Made by a program: the position numbers and the translations under genes. The notes below the pieces were generated by a model, which was not told the DNA's origin, did not search any database, and saw only the letters and a program-made list of their open reading frames with translations. Shown piece after piece: positions 1 to 11,090 of a stretch of DNA of 64,000 nucleotides (positions are counted from its first letter, which is position 1; each line of letters opens with the position of its first letter). Source of the DNA: an uncultured Planctomycetales bacterium (lineage in GTDB: Bacteria; Omnitrophota; Gorgyraeia; Gygaellales; Profunditerraquicolaceae); contig CAYRUB010000002.1 in NCBI GenBank assembly GCA_964427405.1, forward strand, positions 4,741-68,740, read 5' to 3'.

Positions 1-222
1 GGGCAGGTGCGCAGCTATAAATGGGTGGCGCAAAAAGCAGGCGCTCCGCATGCCTGTAGGGCAGTGGGGCAGGTTTTAAAACGCAACCCGTACCCCTTGA
101 TTATTCCTTGCCATCGCGTAATAATGAGTGATCAGAAAATAGGCGGTTATGTGTTTGGTTTGAAGAAAAAGAAATCTTTATTAGCATTAGAGAGGAAATT
201 AGTGAAGTGTTTAATTGGTTAA
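1..222 (+). CDS. ogt: methylated-DNA-protein-cysteine methyltransferase, C-terminal fragment (5' end lies outside the window)
   Basis: The frame is open from base 1. The PCHRV active-site motif (IPCHRVI) and surrounding conserved Ogt/MGMT residues are present. Confidence 0.75.
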   Translation, partial: GQVRSYKWVAQKAGAPHACRAVGQVLKRNPYPLIIPCHRVIMSDQKIGGYVFGLKKKKSLLALERKLVKCLIG

Positions 223-1199
223 AGAAAAAATATACCATTAGAGGGCTTTGTTCTTTTACGGATTCAACCTTTCAGAGAGCAAGGGGCCTCTTGTTTTATT
301 TAAGCCTGCTTTTATTTTTTGGCGGGTTACCTTTTATTTTATCATTTGCCTTAGGTTACAAATTCAACGCGCATACCTTGAAATTTGTTAAGACCGGTTT
401 AATTTATATTAAAACCCAGCCTGAAGGAGCAAGGATATATCTTAATGGTAAGCTCATTCCGGATAAGAGTCCGGCGAGCATACAGGAGCTCTTGCCCGGA
501 GTTTATAAGATTACTTTATTGCTGGCGAAATATTACCCTTGGAAATCAGAGATAGACGTAGAGGCTGGTAAGGTCAGCCGTATTGACAAGGTTATTCTTT
601 TTCCTTTAAGGCCGGATCTGCAACAGTTAAACCAAAGAGGGTTTTCTTCTTTCCGCGTTGATATCGAAAAAGGGGTGATTTATTATTTAGACCAGGAGAA
701 TAAAATTGTCTATAGGTCCGAATTAGACGGAAGCAACTTTGATGATATTGCAAGCTTACCTGAAAAATTTGGTCAGATCAGTGGTTGGGATATTTCTGCG
801 GATAGAAGTAAGCTGTTTGTTTTTAACGCGCATCAAATCAGCGTGATTTTTCTTGATAGCCGGGATGATTATGCATATTCAGATTCTTTCGTGTACTTGG
901 ATTATCCCCAGGAGAAAATAATCAAAATATTCTGGCATTCAGATAGCTACCATTTGGTAGTCCTGACTAATAAGCACGTCGCGGTGGTTGAATCCAGGTC
1001 ATTAGCTAAAGCGGTTAATCTGATAGAATTAAACAAAGAGGCCGGGGAGGCATTTTACGATAATAAACGCCAGATACTTTATTTTAGCGATAACCAGAAA
1101 AGCCCTGATGGCCCATCTTACAATAACCTGTATAAACTGGAATTGAGCCCCGATTTTTATTTATTGGAAAGGTTAATGAAAAAGAAAGCAAATGAATAA
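207..1199 (+). CDS. PEGA-domain membrane protein
   Basis: N-terminal TM helix and a PEGARIYLNGK motif. Its stop overlaps the next ORF, suggesting an operon. Confidence 0.6.
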   Translation: MFNWLKKKYTIRGLCSFTDSTFQRARGLLFYLSLLLFFGGLPFILSFALGYKFNAHTLKFVKTGLIYIKTQPEGARIYLNGKLIPDKSPASIQELLPGVYKITLLLAKYYPWKSEIDVEAGKVSRIDKVILFPLRPDLQQLNQRGFSSFRVDIEKGVIYYLDQENKIVYRSELDGSNFDDIASLPEKFGQISGWDISADRSKLFVFNAHQISVIFLDSRDDYAYSDSFVYLDYPQEKIIKIFWHSDSYHLVVLTNKHVAVVESRSLAKAVNLIELNKEAGEAFYDNKRQILYFSDNQKSPDGPSYNNLYKLELSPDFYLLERLMKKKANE

Positions 1200-2685
1200 G
1201 ACTAAGATCATAAAGCGAGTTTTTGAGATTATCCCCGGGGGCCTGTCCTGGGGAATAATCATTTCACTTATCCTTCTTTCGGTTAAATATCCAATAGCCA
1301 GTGCTATTATCATTATTACCTTTGATTTTTATTGGATTATCCGCACAATTTATTTGACTACGCTTTTGGTCATGGCGCATCACCAAATTTCCTGTCAAAA
1401 GGGTGAAGATTGGCTAGGGCGTTGTTTAAGCCTGGGGCAGCAAAAAGATTGGTCGGATTTGTATCAATTAGTTATATTCCCGGCCTACAATGAAGGCCTG
1501 GAGGTTTTGCGGCCATCTTTGAAAGCTTTAAGTATGAGCCATTATCCTAAGGAAAAGTTTATCGTGGTTATGGCTTTTGAAGAAAGGAGCTCTCAGGCGC
1601 ACGATAATGCTTTAGCTTTGGAGAAAGAGTTCAGCGGGAAATTTGGCGCGTATTTGTCTACTTTCCATCCTGATAACCTGCCCGGGGAGAGCCGTACTAA
1701 AGGTGCGAATGCTACTTGGGCAGCTGAGGCCGCTAAAAAGTTTATCGACACCCGGGGGATTGGTTACGAGCATGTAATAGTTTCTTGCTTTGATGCGGAT
1801 ACTTGTGTTGAGCCGGAATATTTTGGTTGCTTGAGCTATTATTTTTTGACTTCAGATAAACCGCATCAGGCAAGTTATCAGCCTATGCCGGTTTATAATA
1901 ATAATATTTGGCAGGCCCCATCCTTTGCCAGGCTGGTTGAGATTAGCAGTTCGTTCTGTCAGATGATTGAGAGTATGCGTCTTGAGAAATTTGTTACATT
2001 CTCCAGCCATAGTATGAGCTTTAAGACTTTGGTCGAGGTGGATTACTGGCCGAGGAATATGATTTCGGATGATTCGGTAATTTATTGGAAGGGGTTTTTG
2101 CATTTTAACGGTGATTATCGCGTAGTCCCGTTATATATTACAGTTTCCATGGATGTAGCCTACTCCAGTAATATTTGGCGGACTATGGTTGTGCAGTATA
2201 AACAGAAAAGAAGGTGGGCCTGGGGTGTAGAGAATTTTCCTTTCGTGGCAATCGGATTCATGAAAAACAAAAATATTTCTTTGTTTAAGAAATTGAGAAG
2301 ATTGTTTCATCTCTTAGAAAGCCATGTCAGTTGGGCGATCTGGGCGGTTATTTTGGTGCTTATCGGGCCGCTGCCTATATTTTTTGGCGGAAGACTTTTT
2401 AGCCAGATGGCCATTGCGTATAATCTACCGAAGATTACCGGATTGTTGTTTCAATTTACCTTGTTGACTAGCTTGACCTGGATATTCTTAAGTTGGACAA
2501 TCCTTCCGCCGCGGCCTAAGGGGATTAGCTGGTTTAAGAATGTGCTTTTAATTTTGGAGTGGTTTTTTGTGCCGTTTATAATATTGATCCTCGGTTCTTT
2601 TCCGGCCCTAGATGCACAAAGCCGGCTTATGCTCGCAAAGTATATGGAATTTAATCCTACATTAAAAGGAAATAAGGTGTTATAA
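1192..2685 (+). CDS. processive family-2 glycosyltransferase (cellulose/chitin-synthase-like), multi-TM
   Basis: DAD (CFDADTC) and QxxRW (QKRRW) motifs with several predicted TM segments. Confidence 0.65.
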   Translation: MNKTKIIKRVFEIIPGGLSWGIIISLILLSVKYPIASAIIIITFDFYWIIRTIYLTTLLVMAHHQISCQKGEDWLGRCLSLGQQKDWSDLYQLVIFPAYNEGLEVLRPSLKALSMSHYPKEKFIVVMAFEERSSQAHDNALALEKEFSGKFGAYLSTFHPDNLPGESRTKGANATWAAEAAKKFIDTRGIGYEHVIVSCFDADTCVEPEYFGCLSYYFLTSDKPHQASYQPMPVYNNNIWQAPSFARLVEISSSFCQMIESMRLEKFVTFSSHSMSFKTLVEVDYWPRNMISDDSVIYWKGFLHFNGDYRVVPLYITVSMDVAYSSNIWRTMVVQYKQKRRWAWGVENFPFVAIGFMKNKNISLFKKLRRLFHLLESHVSWAIWAVILVLIGPLPIFFGGRLFSQMAIAYNLPKITGLLFQFTLLTSLTWIFLSWTILPPRPKGISWFKNVLLILEWFFVPFIILILGSFPALDAQSRLMLAKYMEFNPTLKGNKVL

Positions 2686-2835
2686 TCAAGCAATTGCCTG
2701 CCTTTTAGCAGGCAATTGCGCAGTCCTGCCTGCCCCTTTGGGGCATGCAGGGCAAGCAAACTATTTTTGCGAAGTCCCGCATGTTACGGTTGAAAGCGTG
2801 CGGGAATAATGCTAAGATTTATTCTTGGAGGGAAA

Positions 2836-3906
2836 ATGGATATCAAGAAATTAATGCAGGAGATGGTAGCTAAAGGCGGCTCGGATCTATTTTACCGGGC
2901 CGGGGGTACGCCGCGCCTGCGTATCGATGGCAAGATTGTTTCTATGGGGGATCATATTTTAAGCGTAGAAGATGTTATGCTCGCTACTCAGCAGCTGGCC
3001 AATTTTAAGCAGCTTGATATTTTTAGGAATAATATGGATGTGGATTTTGCCGTCTACCTTGAGGAATTTGGCCGCCGCTTCCGGGTAAGTATATTTATGC
3101 AAAGGAACTGGCCGTCTATTGTTATTAGAAATGTGCGTAATTATATATCTACGTTTGAGGAGTTAAATCTCCCCGTTGAAATATTAAAGAAATTATCACT
3201 TGAAACCCGCGGCCTGGTGCTTTTAACCGGAAGCATGGGCAGCGGAAAATCCACGACCATTGCCAGTATGCTGGAGTATATAAATAGCAGCTCCAAGAAG
3301 CATATTTTGACTGCTGAAGAGCCGATTGAGTTTACCTTTGAAGATAAACAATCAATCATCAACCAGCGGGAACTAGGTATTGATGTTGCCTCTTATTCGG
3401 TCGCCCTGCGTTCCTTTACCTTACAGAGCCCGGATGTAATGTACATCGGCAATATCCGTGATTATGAAACTGTTTCCAGCGCAATGACCGCCGCGGAAAC
3501 CGGGGTGCTGGTTTTAAGCACCCTGCATACCATTAATGCTTCCCAGAGCGTGGAAAGATTGATTAATTTTTTCCCCCCGCATCAGCATCAAGAGGCGAGG
3601 AATCAATTAGCCACATTGTTAAAAGGGGTAATCTCCTTACGCCTGGTGCCTGCTAAAGATGGTTCAGGCCGTATTCCCGCCTATGAAATTATGCTTTTGA
3701 CTCCTACTATCAGCCGCCTGATCCGCGAGGGAAAGGTTTGGGAGATTCCTCAGTTTATTGATGATGGGGCGATATTCGGCATGCAGTCATTTAATCAGTC
3801 TTTGGTTAAGCTGGTTCAAGAGGGTAAGATTACCGAAGAGGATGCTGTTTTAGCTGCGGATAGCCGCGATGAATTTATGCTGGCCTTTAGGGGAATTAAG
3901 AAATAA
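2836..3906 (+). CDS. pilT: type IV pilus retraction ATPase PilT
   Basis: Walker A GSMGSGKST and PilT-like motifs. A GGAGGG RBS precedes the ATG at 2836. The ORF-track start at 2809 is probably too early. Confidence 0.85.
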   Translation: MDIKKLMQEMVAKGGSDLFYRAGGTPRLRIDGKIVSMGDHILSVEDVMLATQQLANFKQLDIFRNNMDVDFAVYLEEFGRRFRVSIFMQRNWPSIVIRNVRNYISTFEELNLPVEILKKLSLETRGLVLLTGSMGSGKSTTIASMLEYINSSSKKHILTAEEPIEFTFEDKQSIINQRELGIDVASYSVALRSFTLQSPDVMYIGNIRDYETVSSAMTAAETGVLVLSTLHTINASQSVERLINFFPPHQHQEARNQLATLLKGVISLRLVPAKDGSGRIPAYEIMLLTPTISRLIREGKVWEIPQFIDDGAIFGMQSFNQSLVKLVQEGKITEEDAVLAADSRDEFMLAFRGIKK

Positions 3907-4051
3907 GGAATTTCCCGACTCGTAAAATGCGGTAAAATTGTCGAAGATAATTTTACCGCACTCGTCGGGATAAATTCACAGACGGCCTTGCGGCCTACGA
4001 CTTATGTCGCTTTCACTCCATAAGTCGTCTGTTCATTTAAAGGAGATAGCC

Positions 4052-5162
4052 ATGCTTGAAGAAATCAAAACTAAATTAGCTGATCTTGGTTTAAGGATTG
4101 AGAATTTAAGAGGTTATCTTTGACGTTGTAAATAAAAAGCAACGGATAGATGTTTTATCCGGCCAAATGTCCGCCGCAGATTTCTGGGATAATACGGATC
4201 GTCCTAGAAAAATAGTTAAAGAATTAAAAATCCTTAAAACAATAGTCGAGCCTTGGGAGTTGGCTGACAAAAAATACCAGGAGCTTAGAGAGCTTGTTCC
4301 TTTAGTTAAGGAAGATGATCATGAGCTGCTCTTGGATTTAGTACGCAATACCGATAGTCTCCTGTCGGTGATAGATAAACTGGAATTTCAGGTGCTCTTA
4401 GGCGGACCCCTGGATAAGAACAGTGCGATCTTAAGTATTAATGCCGGAGCAGGCGGCACAGAATCCTGCGATTGGACAGGGATGCTCTCTAGAATGTACA
4501 GCCGTTTCGCGGAAAGTCACGGCTATAGCGTAACAACAACTGATCTGTTGGCCGGCGAGGAAGCCGGGATTAAAAATATCACTGTATTGATTGAGGGTGA
4601 TTACGCTTATGGCTATTTAAAGGCAGAGCGCGGAGTGCATAGATTAGTACGTATTTCTCCTTTTGATGCCAATAAACGCAGACATACATCTTTTGCCTCG
4701 GTAGATGTAATTCCTGAAATAGAGGAAGATTTAGATATAAAACTCGAAGATAAGGATCTGCGCATAGACGTTTATCGCGCTAAGGGCGCCGGTGGACAAA
4801 GTGTTAACACTACGGATTCAGCGGTAAGGATTACCCATATTCCCACTGGAATTGTCGCGCAATGCCAGAATGAGCGTTCGCAGCACCAGAATAAACAAAC
4901 TGCTTTAAAGATATTGAAGGCGCGTATTTATGAGGCCGAGCAGAAAAAAAGGGAAGCGGAATTAAAACAGCAGGATTCAGACAAAAAGAAGATTGAATGG
5001 GGCAGCCAAATCCGTTCTTATGTCTTGCATCCGTATAATTTAGTCAAAGATCATCGCACGGATTTTGAAACCGGGGACAGCGGAAAGGTTTTAGATGGGG
5101 GCCTGGATGAATTTATTGAAGCCTTCCTTAAATTAAGCGCAAATAAACAAGGACTTCGCTAA
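4052..5162 (+). CDS. prfB: peptide chain release factor 2, with programmed +1 ribosomal frameshift
   Basis: A short 23-codon frame-0 ORF ends CTT-TGA at 4118-4123, and T4121 is skipped. The +1 frame then reads DVVNKKQRIDVLSGQ and continues into the 331-aa RF2 body (the GGQ tripeptide is in AKGAGGQSV). An internal SD, AAGAGGT, sits at 4108-4114, 3 nt before CTT. This is the canonical RF2 autoregulatory site. Confidence 0.9.
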
Positions 5163-5183
5163 ATAAAAACTTAGGGTGCTTGA

Positions 5184-8105
5184 ATGCTAGGGTTAATTAA
5201 AAAAGTTATTCTTAAGAATAAACAGGATGCCATCAGGAAGAAATTCCCTGGGGTAAAAATTACCCTGCATTCTGAGATGCCTAGTCCTTCAATGAATAAA
5301 ATGGTTGAATTGGCTAAGGCGGTTAATCTGGTAAATTCATTTGAAGCCAGGATAAGTCAGCTTAGTGATGCCGAGCTTTGCGCTAAGACGGATGAGTTCA
5401 GGAAGCATTTAATCAATAAATCTGAGCAATTTGCGCAAGATTTAGAAGAACTGCAACAAGCCATGCTTTCAGTGGCGATGCCTGAGGAAAAGGAGAAATT
5501 AAAAGAAAAGCTTAAAGTCAGCCGGAATAGGATCTTTGCTGATATATTACCCGAGGCTTTTGCCGTGGTCAGAGAGGCATCTAAACGCACCATAGGCTTA
5601 AGGCATTTTGATGTACAGATTGCCGGCGGCATTATTCTGCATGAGGGCAGGATCGCGGAGATGTCTACGGGAGAAGGAAAGACTTTAGTTGCGACATTGG
5701 CAGCCTATCTGAATGCTTTATTAGGCAAAGGTGTGCATATTGTTACGGTCAACGACTATCTTGCCCGGCGCGACCGTGAATGGATGGGGCCGATTTATGA
5801 ATTTTTAGGACTATCTGTAGGCACTATTCAGCATGATATGTCCGACGAAGAAAGAAAGATTGCTTATTCCTGCGATATAACGTATGGCACAAACAATGAG
5901 TTTGGTTTTGATTATCTGCGCGATAATATGAAATATTCTATCGCAGAATTAGTGCAGAGGCCTTTTTATTATGCCATTGTGGATGAGGTTGATTCAATAC
6001 TGATTGATGAGGCGCGTACGCCGTTAATTATCTCAGGCCCCGCGGAGGAGTCTACTGATAAATATTACACCGCCAAGAAAATAGCCGAAGGGTTAAATGG
6101 CCGCCGGGTTACGGAAAAAGACGAGATTGACGCTAAATATAAAGGAGTGGATTTAGGCCAGGGGTTTGATTATGTGGCGGATGAAAAGGCACAGACCGTT
6201 GCCCTTACCGAAGACGGGGAACTCAAGGCCGCCAAGCTTTGGGGTATTGACAGCTTGCATACTTTAGAAACAATCGAATACCGGCATCATACTATCCAGG
6301 CTTTACGGGCAAAAGAGTTTTTTCAGCTCGATGTGGATTATGTAGTTAAGGATGGCGCGGTAATTATTGTGGATGAATTTACCGGCAGGTTGATGCCGGG
6401 CAGGCGCTGGTCAGACGGCCTGCATCAGGCTATTGAGTCTAAAGAGGGATTAAAAATTGAGCGGGAAAACCAGACCTTGGCCACGGTTACTTTTCAGAAT
6501 TATTTCCGTATGTATGAAAAGCTGGCGGGAATGACCGGCACGGCCTTTACCGAAGCTAATGAATTCAGGAATATCTATCAGTTGGATGTAGTTGTCCTGC
6601 CGACAAACCAGCCTCTGGTGCGTAAAAATTATCCCGACCGTATTTATAAGACTGAAAAAGAAAAGTTTGCTGCTGTAGTTGAGGAGATTGCCGAGCTGTA
6701 TAATTTAGGTAAACCTGTCTTGGTCGGCACAATTACTATTGATAAGTCTGAGATGCTTTCTGAGATGCTTAAGCGCCGGGGGATATCACATCAGGTGTTG
6801 AATGCCAAATATCATGAGATGGAGGCCGAAATTATTGCTCAGGCTGGTAGGTACAAAGGAGTAACTATAGCTACGAACATGGCCGGCCGCGGCACGGATA
6901 TCCTTTTAGGCGGTAATCCTGAATTTATTGCCAGGAATGTGGCTAAACAAAAATTAAATCCCGAAGATCCAAATTATCTTAGCGAATATAAAGTTATCTT
7001 TGAGCGGTATAAGTCAGAGGCTGCATTAGAACATGATAAGGTAGCCGGATTAGGTGGCCTGCATGTCTTAGGCACAGAGCGCCATGAGGCCAGGCGTATT
7101 GATAATCAGCTGCGCGGAAGAGGCGGCCGCCAGGGGGACCCCGGGTCTTCGCGTTTTTACGTATCACTAAAGGATGATCTTATGCGTTTGTTTGGTTCAG
7201 ACAGAATCATCGGATTAATGGATAAGTTGGGCTTAGAAGAAGGACAGGTTATCGAGCATCCCTGGGTTACCGGTTCCATTGAGATTGCCCAGCGTAGGGT
7301 TGAGCAGCATAACTTTGAGATCAGAAAACAACTCTTAGAGTATGATAATGTAATGAATAAGCAAAGAGAGATTATCTATGGTCAGCGCCTGCAGATCCTG
7401 GAGGGTTTTTCTCTAAAAGAGAATATTGCGGGAATTATCAATAAGCTTGTTGAGGAGTACCTGCGAATTTACAATCAGCCTGATACCTCCGGGGTGGATG
7501 CCGCAGGTTTGGCCAGTTTTATGGCTTTAAAGTTTGGCCTGGAGTTTAATGCGCAAGGATTTGTTGACCGGAATGAGCAGGATATTAAAGAGGCGCTATC
7601 CACACAACTGCTTGAAGCTTATGAAGCTAAGGAAAAGGCGATTACCCCTGAGTTAATGCGCAATCTAGAAGGTATGGTGTTTCTGCAGATTATAGATAGT
7701 AAATGGAAGGATCATCTTTATGCTATGGACAGTCTGCGTGAAGGTATAGGCCTGCGTGCCTACGGGCAGCGGGATCCTTTGATTGAATATAAACGCGAGG
7801 CTTTTGAAATGTTCAGCCAGATGATAAGCAGCATTGAAGAAGAGGCTGTGGAGACTATTTTTAAAGTACAACCGGCTAAGCCGGATAGATTCCGGGGGGT
7901 TTTCAGCTCCTTACCTAAAGAGCTCTCTCATCCGGAGTCAGTTAAATTACAAATTCCTCCTGAGGGAGAAAATGCTTCAGAAACAATGACTCCAACTAAG
8001 CAAGCAGCTGCTAAGCCCGTACAATCCCATCAGCCTAAGGTGGGCCGTAATGACCCTTGCCCTTGCGGTTCAGGAAAAAAATATAAAAAGTGTTGTTCAA
8101 AATGA
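5184..8105 (+). CDS. secA: preprotein translocase ATPase SecA
   Basis: 973 aa with DEAD-like motor motifs and the C-terminal zinc-binding [13 protein letters not shown]. Confidence 0.95.
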   Translation: MLGLIKKVILKNKQDAIRKKFPGVKITLHSEMPSPSMNKMVELAKAVNLVNSFEARISQLSDAELCAKTDEFRKHLINKSEQFAQDLEELQQAMLSVAMPEEKEKLKEKLKVSRNRIFADILPEAFAVVREASKRTIGLRHFDVQIAGGIILHEGRIAEMSTGEGKTLVATLAAYLNALLGKGVHIVTVNDYLARRDREWMGPIYEFLGLSVGTIQHDMSDEERKIAYSCDITYGTNNEFGFDYLRDNMKYSIAELVQRPFYYAIVDEVDSILIDEARTPLIISGPAEESTDKYYTAKKIAEGLNGRRVTEKDEIDAKYKGVDLGQGFDYVADEKAQTVALTEDGELKAAKLWGIDSLHTLETIEYRHHTIQALRAKEFFQLDVDYVVKDGAVIIVDEFTGRLMPGRRWSDGLHQAIESKEGLKIERENQTLATVTFQNYFRMYEKLAGMTGTAFTEANEFRNIYQLDVVVLPTNQPLVRKNYPDRIYKTEKEKFAAVVEEIAELYNLGKPVLVGTITIDKSEMLSEMLKRRGISHQVLNAKYHEMEAEIIAQAGRYKGVTIATNMAGRGTDILLGGNPEFIARNVAKQKLNPEDPNYLSEYKVIFERYKSEAALEHDKVAGLGGLHVLGTERHEARRIDNQLRGRGGRQGDPGSSRFYVSLKDDLMRLFGSDRIIGLMDKLGLEEGQVIEHPWVTGSIEIAQRRVEQHNFEIRKQLLEYDNVMNKQREIIYGQRLQILEGFSLKENIAGIINKLVEEYLRIYNQPDTSGVDAAGLASFMALKFGLEFNAQGFVDRNEQDIKEALSTQLLEAYEAKEKAITPELMRNLEGMVFLQIIDSKWKDHLYAMDSLREGIGLRAYGQRDPLIEYKREAFEMFSQMISSIEEEAVETIFKVQPAKPDRFRGVFSSLPKELSHPESVKLQIPPEGENASETMTPTKQAAAKPVQSHQPKVGRNDPCPCGSGKKYKKCCSK

Positions 8106-9577
8106 GTGAAGTAATCCTGTCTATTTTATCTGCTGGCTTATTGTCATTTTCCTTCTCCAGTTTTAATCTTTGGTTATTTGCCTGGTTTGGTTTTATCCCT
8201 TTTTTTATTGCACTAGAAAATAAATCTTTATTCCGGTCATTTATTATCGGCTATCTTTGCGGGATATTTTTTTGGAGCCTGACAATATATTGGCTTATTC
8301 ATGTTACTCTTCTGGGGCAGATAGTTTTAATTTTATATCTAGCTGTTTATTTTGGGGTTTTTGGTTGTTTGGTTTATTTATTCCGCTCTCTTTCTCCGGG
8401 TGTCCTGCTATTTTTTATGCCCAGCAGCTGGGTATTATTGGAATATTTACGCAGTTATTTATTTACAGGTTTTCCCTGGGCGCTAGCCGGGTTTTCGCAA
8501 TACAAAAATCTACCGGTTATCCAGATCGCTGATATAACCGGCTCCTGGGGGGTTTCATTTCTTGTGGTGTTGCTTAATGTCGGGTTTTATTTATTTTTAC
8601 GTAAGCGCATAAAAGCAAAAATTTTCTTAATTTGTGTTTGCATGTTATTTTTATCTTTGGCGTATGGTTTTTGCAGGTTGAGTTATAAACCTGGTTTGCC
8701 TTCTGATAAAGAGTGGCTTAAAGTTTCTGTAGTCCAGGGCAATATTCCTCAAGATTTAAAATGGGATAAGCAGGCAGCGGCCGGTATATTGAATAATTAT
8801 ATAGAATTAACCAGCGCGGCTGCTAAGGATGAGCCGGGTTTGATTATTTGGCCGGAGGCATCTGTGCCGGCCCTCTGGGGAGAGGATGCTGCTGATGCGC
8901 AATTTGCGCAGGTTTTTTCTTTAGCTGGCCGGCTAAAGATTAATTTACTGGTAGGCGCGGTTTCGCGCTCTGGTGAGGCTTATTTTAATAGCGCTTTATT
9001 TATTAATAATCTTGGTCAGCCGGAGAGAATATATAACAAGCTTCACCTGGTTCCCTTTGGTGAATATATCCCGTTTAGAAACACCTTTCCTTTTTTACAG
9101 ACTATTGCTCCTATCGGAGATATAGAACCGGGAAGAGAGTATACTATATTTAATCAACCCGCTGATTTTGCCGTACTTATCTGTTTTGAGGACCTTTTCC
9201 CGGAATTATCCCGGGAATTTATAAAAAGAGGGGCAAGATTTCTGGTGAATATCACCAATGATGCCTGGTATAAAAGAAGCAGCGCCCCATATCAGCATTT
9301 TGCGGCCTCCGTTTTTAGGGCAGTTGAAAATCATGTATATCTGGTCCGCTCAGCTAACACCGGGATCTCCGGGTTCATTGATCCGTTTGGCAGGCTTTCA
9401 TCAATAGTACAGGATGCTACGGGAAAGAATAGCTTTGTCAAAGGTTATAGTAGCCAAAATATTTGTTTAGCCCCTATCAGGCGTACAATTTATAACCGCT
9501 ACGGCGATCTTTTCGTAATTTTCTGCTTGCTACTTGACAGCTGTGTTATAATATCTTTTTTAAGAAAACGAAAATGA
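8090..9577 (+). CDS. lnt: apolipoprotein N-acyltransferase
   Basis: Multi-TM N-terminus plus a CN-hydrolase domain ([13 protein letters not shown]; ICFEDLFPE). Overlaps the secA stop. An alternative start is at 8102. Confidence 0.85.
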   Translation: MLFKMSEVILSILSAGLLSFSFSSFNLWLFAWFGFIPFFIALENKSLFRSFIIGYLCGIFFWSLTIYWLIHVTLLGQIVLILYLAVYFGVFGCLVYLFRSLSPGVLLFFMPSSWVLLEYLRSYLFTGFPWALAGFSQYKNLPVIQIADITGSWGVSFLVVLLNVGFYLFLRKRIKAKIFLICVCMLFLSLAYGFCRLSYKPGLPSDKEWLKVSVVQGNIPQDLKWDKQAAAGILNNYIELTSAAAKDEPGLIIWPEASVPALWGEDAADAQFAQVFSLAGRLKINLLVGAVSRSGEAYFNSALFINNLGQPERIYNKLHLVPFGEYIPFRNTFPFLQTIAPIGDIEPGREYTIFNQPADFAVLICFEDLFPELSREFIKRGARFLVNITNDAWYKRSSAPYQHFAASVFRAVENHVYLVRSANTGISGFIDPFGRLSSIVQDATGKNSFVKGYSSQNICLAPIRRTIYNRYGDLFVIFCLLLDSCVIISFLRKRK

Positions 9578-10059
9578 AAAAAATCCTGGTAATTTCTTCA
9601 ATCATAGTATTGGCTTCTGCGTTCATAGGTCTGGTTTGGTTGGATAAGCAATATTTTATCTGTCCCATTGAATACAAAAGCGATATTCTTATTCGTAATG
9701 ATAACCGCGGGGATGGTTTATTTGCTTCCAGCCGTTCCGGCAGGAGAATACATAAAGGCATTGATCTTTTGGCCGATGTAGGCGAAGCTGTACTGGCTGC
9801 TAAAAGCGGCAAGGTGGTTAGTGCTACCCAGAACAAGGGAATGGGTAAATATGTGATTATCCGGCACCCGGATAAATATATTACTATCTATGGGCATCTC
9901 TCAGAGATCCTTGTGCAAAAAAATGATTACGTGCGCCAGGGCCAGGTTATTGGTAAAGTAGGCAAGACTGGTAATGCCAGGCCGCGCGATATGCTTCCGC
10001 ATCTGCATTTTGAAATCAGGAAAAACGGCGTTCCTCAGGATCCCCTTGAGTATATCTAA
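9574..10059 (+). CDS. M23 family metallopeptidase
   Basis: HKGIDLLADVG and HLHFE motifs, with a signal/TM N-terminus. Confidence 0.8.
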   Translation: MKKILVISSIIVLASAFIGLVWLDKQYFICPIEYKSDILIRNDNRGDGLFASSRSGRRIHKGIDLLADVGEAVLAAKSGKVVSATQNKGMGKYVIIRHPDKYITIYGHLSEILVQKNDYVRQGQVIGKVGKTGNARPRDMLPHLHFEIRKNGVPQDPLEYI

Positions 10060-10952
10060 TGTTCCAAAGGTTCCATATGTACTACGACGTCGGTTATCCC
10101 GGGGATGGCAGATTTGATTGCTTCTTCAATGTGGTCGCTTATTTGGTGGGCGTTATCGATGTGCATGTTGGGGTTAACCTGGACATGTAAATCAATATAA
10201 ATATCATCAATCCTGCCGCGGCTGCGTATCTTGTGGCAGGCGCGTACTCCTTTTGTTTTTAATACAATATCCCTAATTTTTTGGTCATCTAGAAAAACTG
10301 CTGTATCGCAGAGGACATCAGAGCTTTGTTTGGCTATTTCAAAAGCAGCAAAGCCGATAAACAATGATATAAGGATAGTGATAATCGGATCGATTATAGG
10401 AAGTCCTAACTTTATCACGATAAGCGAAGCGATTACCGAAAAAGAAGTAAAGATGTCTGCCCGTGTATGCATGGAATCAGAGATCAGGATATCGCTTTTT
10501 AAGTCCTGGCCTTTTTTATTTTCATAGCGCATTACCCAGATATTCACCGCTAAGGTGATAATCATGACTACAAAGCTGCTTATGTCAACCTGAGGCAGGA
10601 TGGGCTGGCTCAGGCGGGCCAATCCCTGTTTAATTAAATTAAATGAGACAATAAAGAGCATGGCGGAAATTGCCAGGGAGAATAATGTTTCGTATTTTTT
10701 ATGCCCGTAGGGATGGTCTTTATCTACCGGTTGGCAGGCGAAATGGATTCCCAATAACCCGATGACATTAGAAGTTCCGTCTGATAACGAATGGAAACCG
10801 TCTGCGGTCATACTTGAACAACGGCTGCTTAAACCGTAAACGATCTTGGCTAAGGCAACCAGCCAATTTAAAACAAGTATGATACAGAGGATCTTTCTTA
10901 TTTTTTGATAGTGCTTCTGAATATCGTCTACCATAAAAGTATTGTATAACAA
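10056..10952 (-). CDS. cation diffusion facilitator (CDF) family transporter
   Basis: Six-TM core with H/D-rich metal sites and a C-terminal cytoplasmic domain (FieF/CzcD-like). Confidence 0.8.
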   Translation of the reverse strand: MLYNTFMVDDIQKHYQKIRKILCIILVLNWLVALAKIVYGLSSRCSSMTADGFHSLSDGTSNVIGLLGIHFACQPVDKDHPYGHKKYETLFSLAISAMLFIVSFNLIKQGLARLSQPILPQVDISSFVVMIITLAVNIWVMRYENKKGQDLKSDILISDSMHTRADIFTSFSVIASLIVIKLGLPIIDPIITILISLFIGFAAFEIAKQSSDVLCDTAVFLDDQKIRDIVLKTKGVRACHKIRSRGRIDDIYIDLHVQVNPNMHIDNAHQISDHIEEAIKSAIPGITDVVVHMEPLEH

Positions 10953-11055
10953 GTATAAGTTTTTGCAAATTATTTCCTCAGTAATATTACTTCCGGTGTC
11001 CTTCCGCTATGCAGATAAAATATCGTCGAAAACACCCTGTTTACCGGTGATTGTC

Positions 11056-11084
11056 TTGACTAAAAATTAGCTAAATGATAGAAT
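11056..11084 (+). promoter_or_regulatory. sigma70-type promoter (TTGACT, 17 nt, TAGAAT) for the PIG-L gene
   Basis: Near-consensus -35 and -10 hexamers with a 17-nt spacer, located 7 nt upstream of the ATG at 11091. Confidence 0.5.
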
Positions 11085-11090
11085 ATATTT

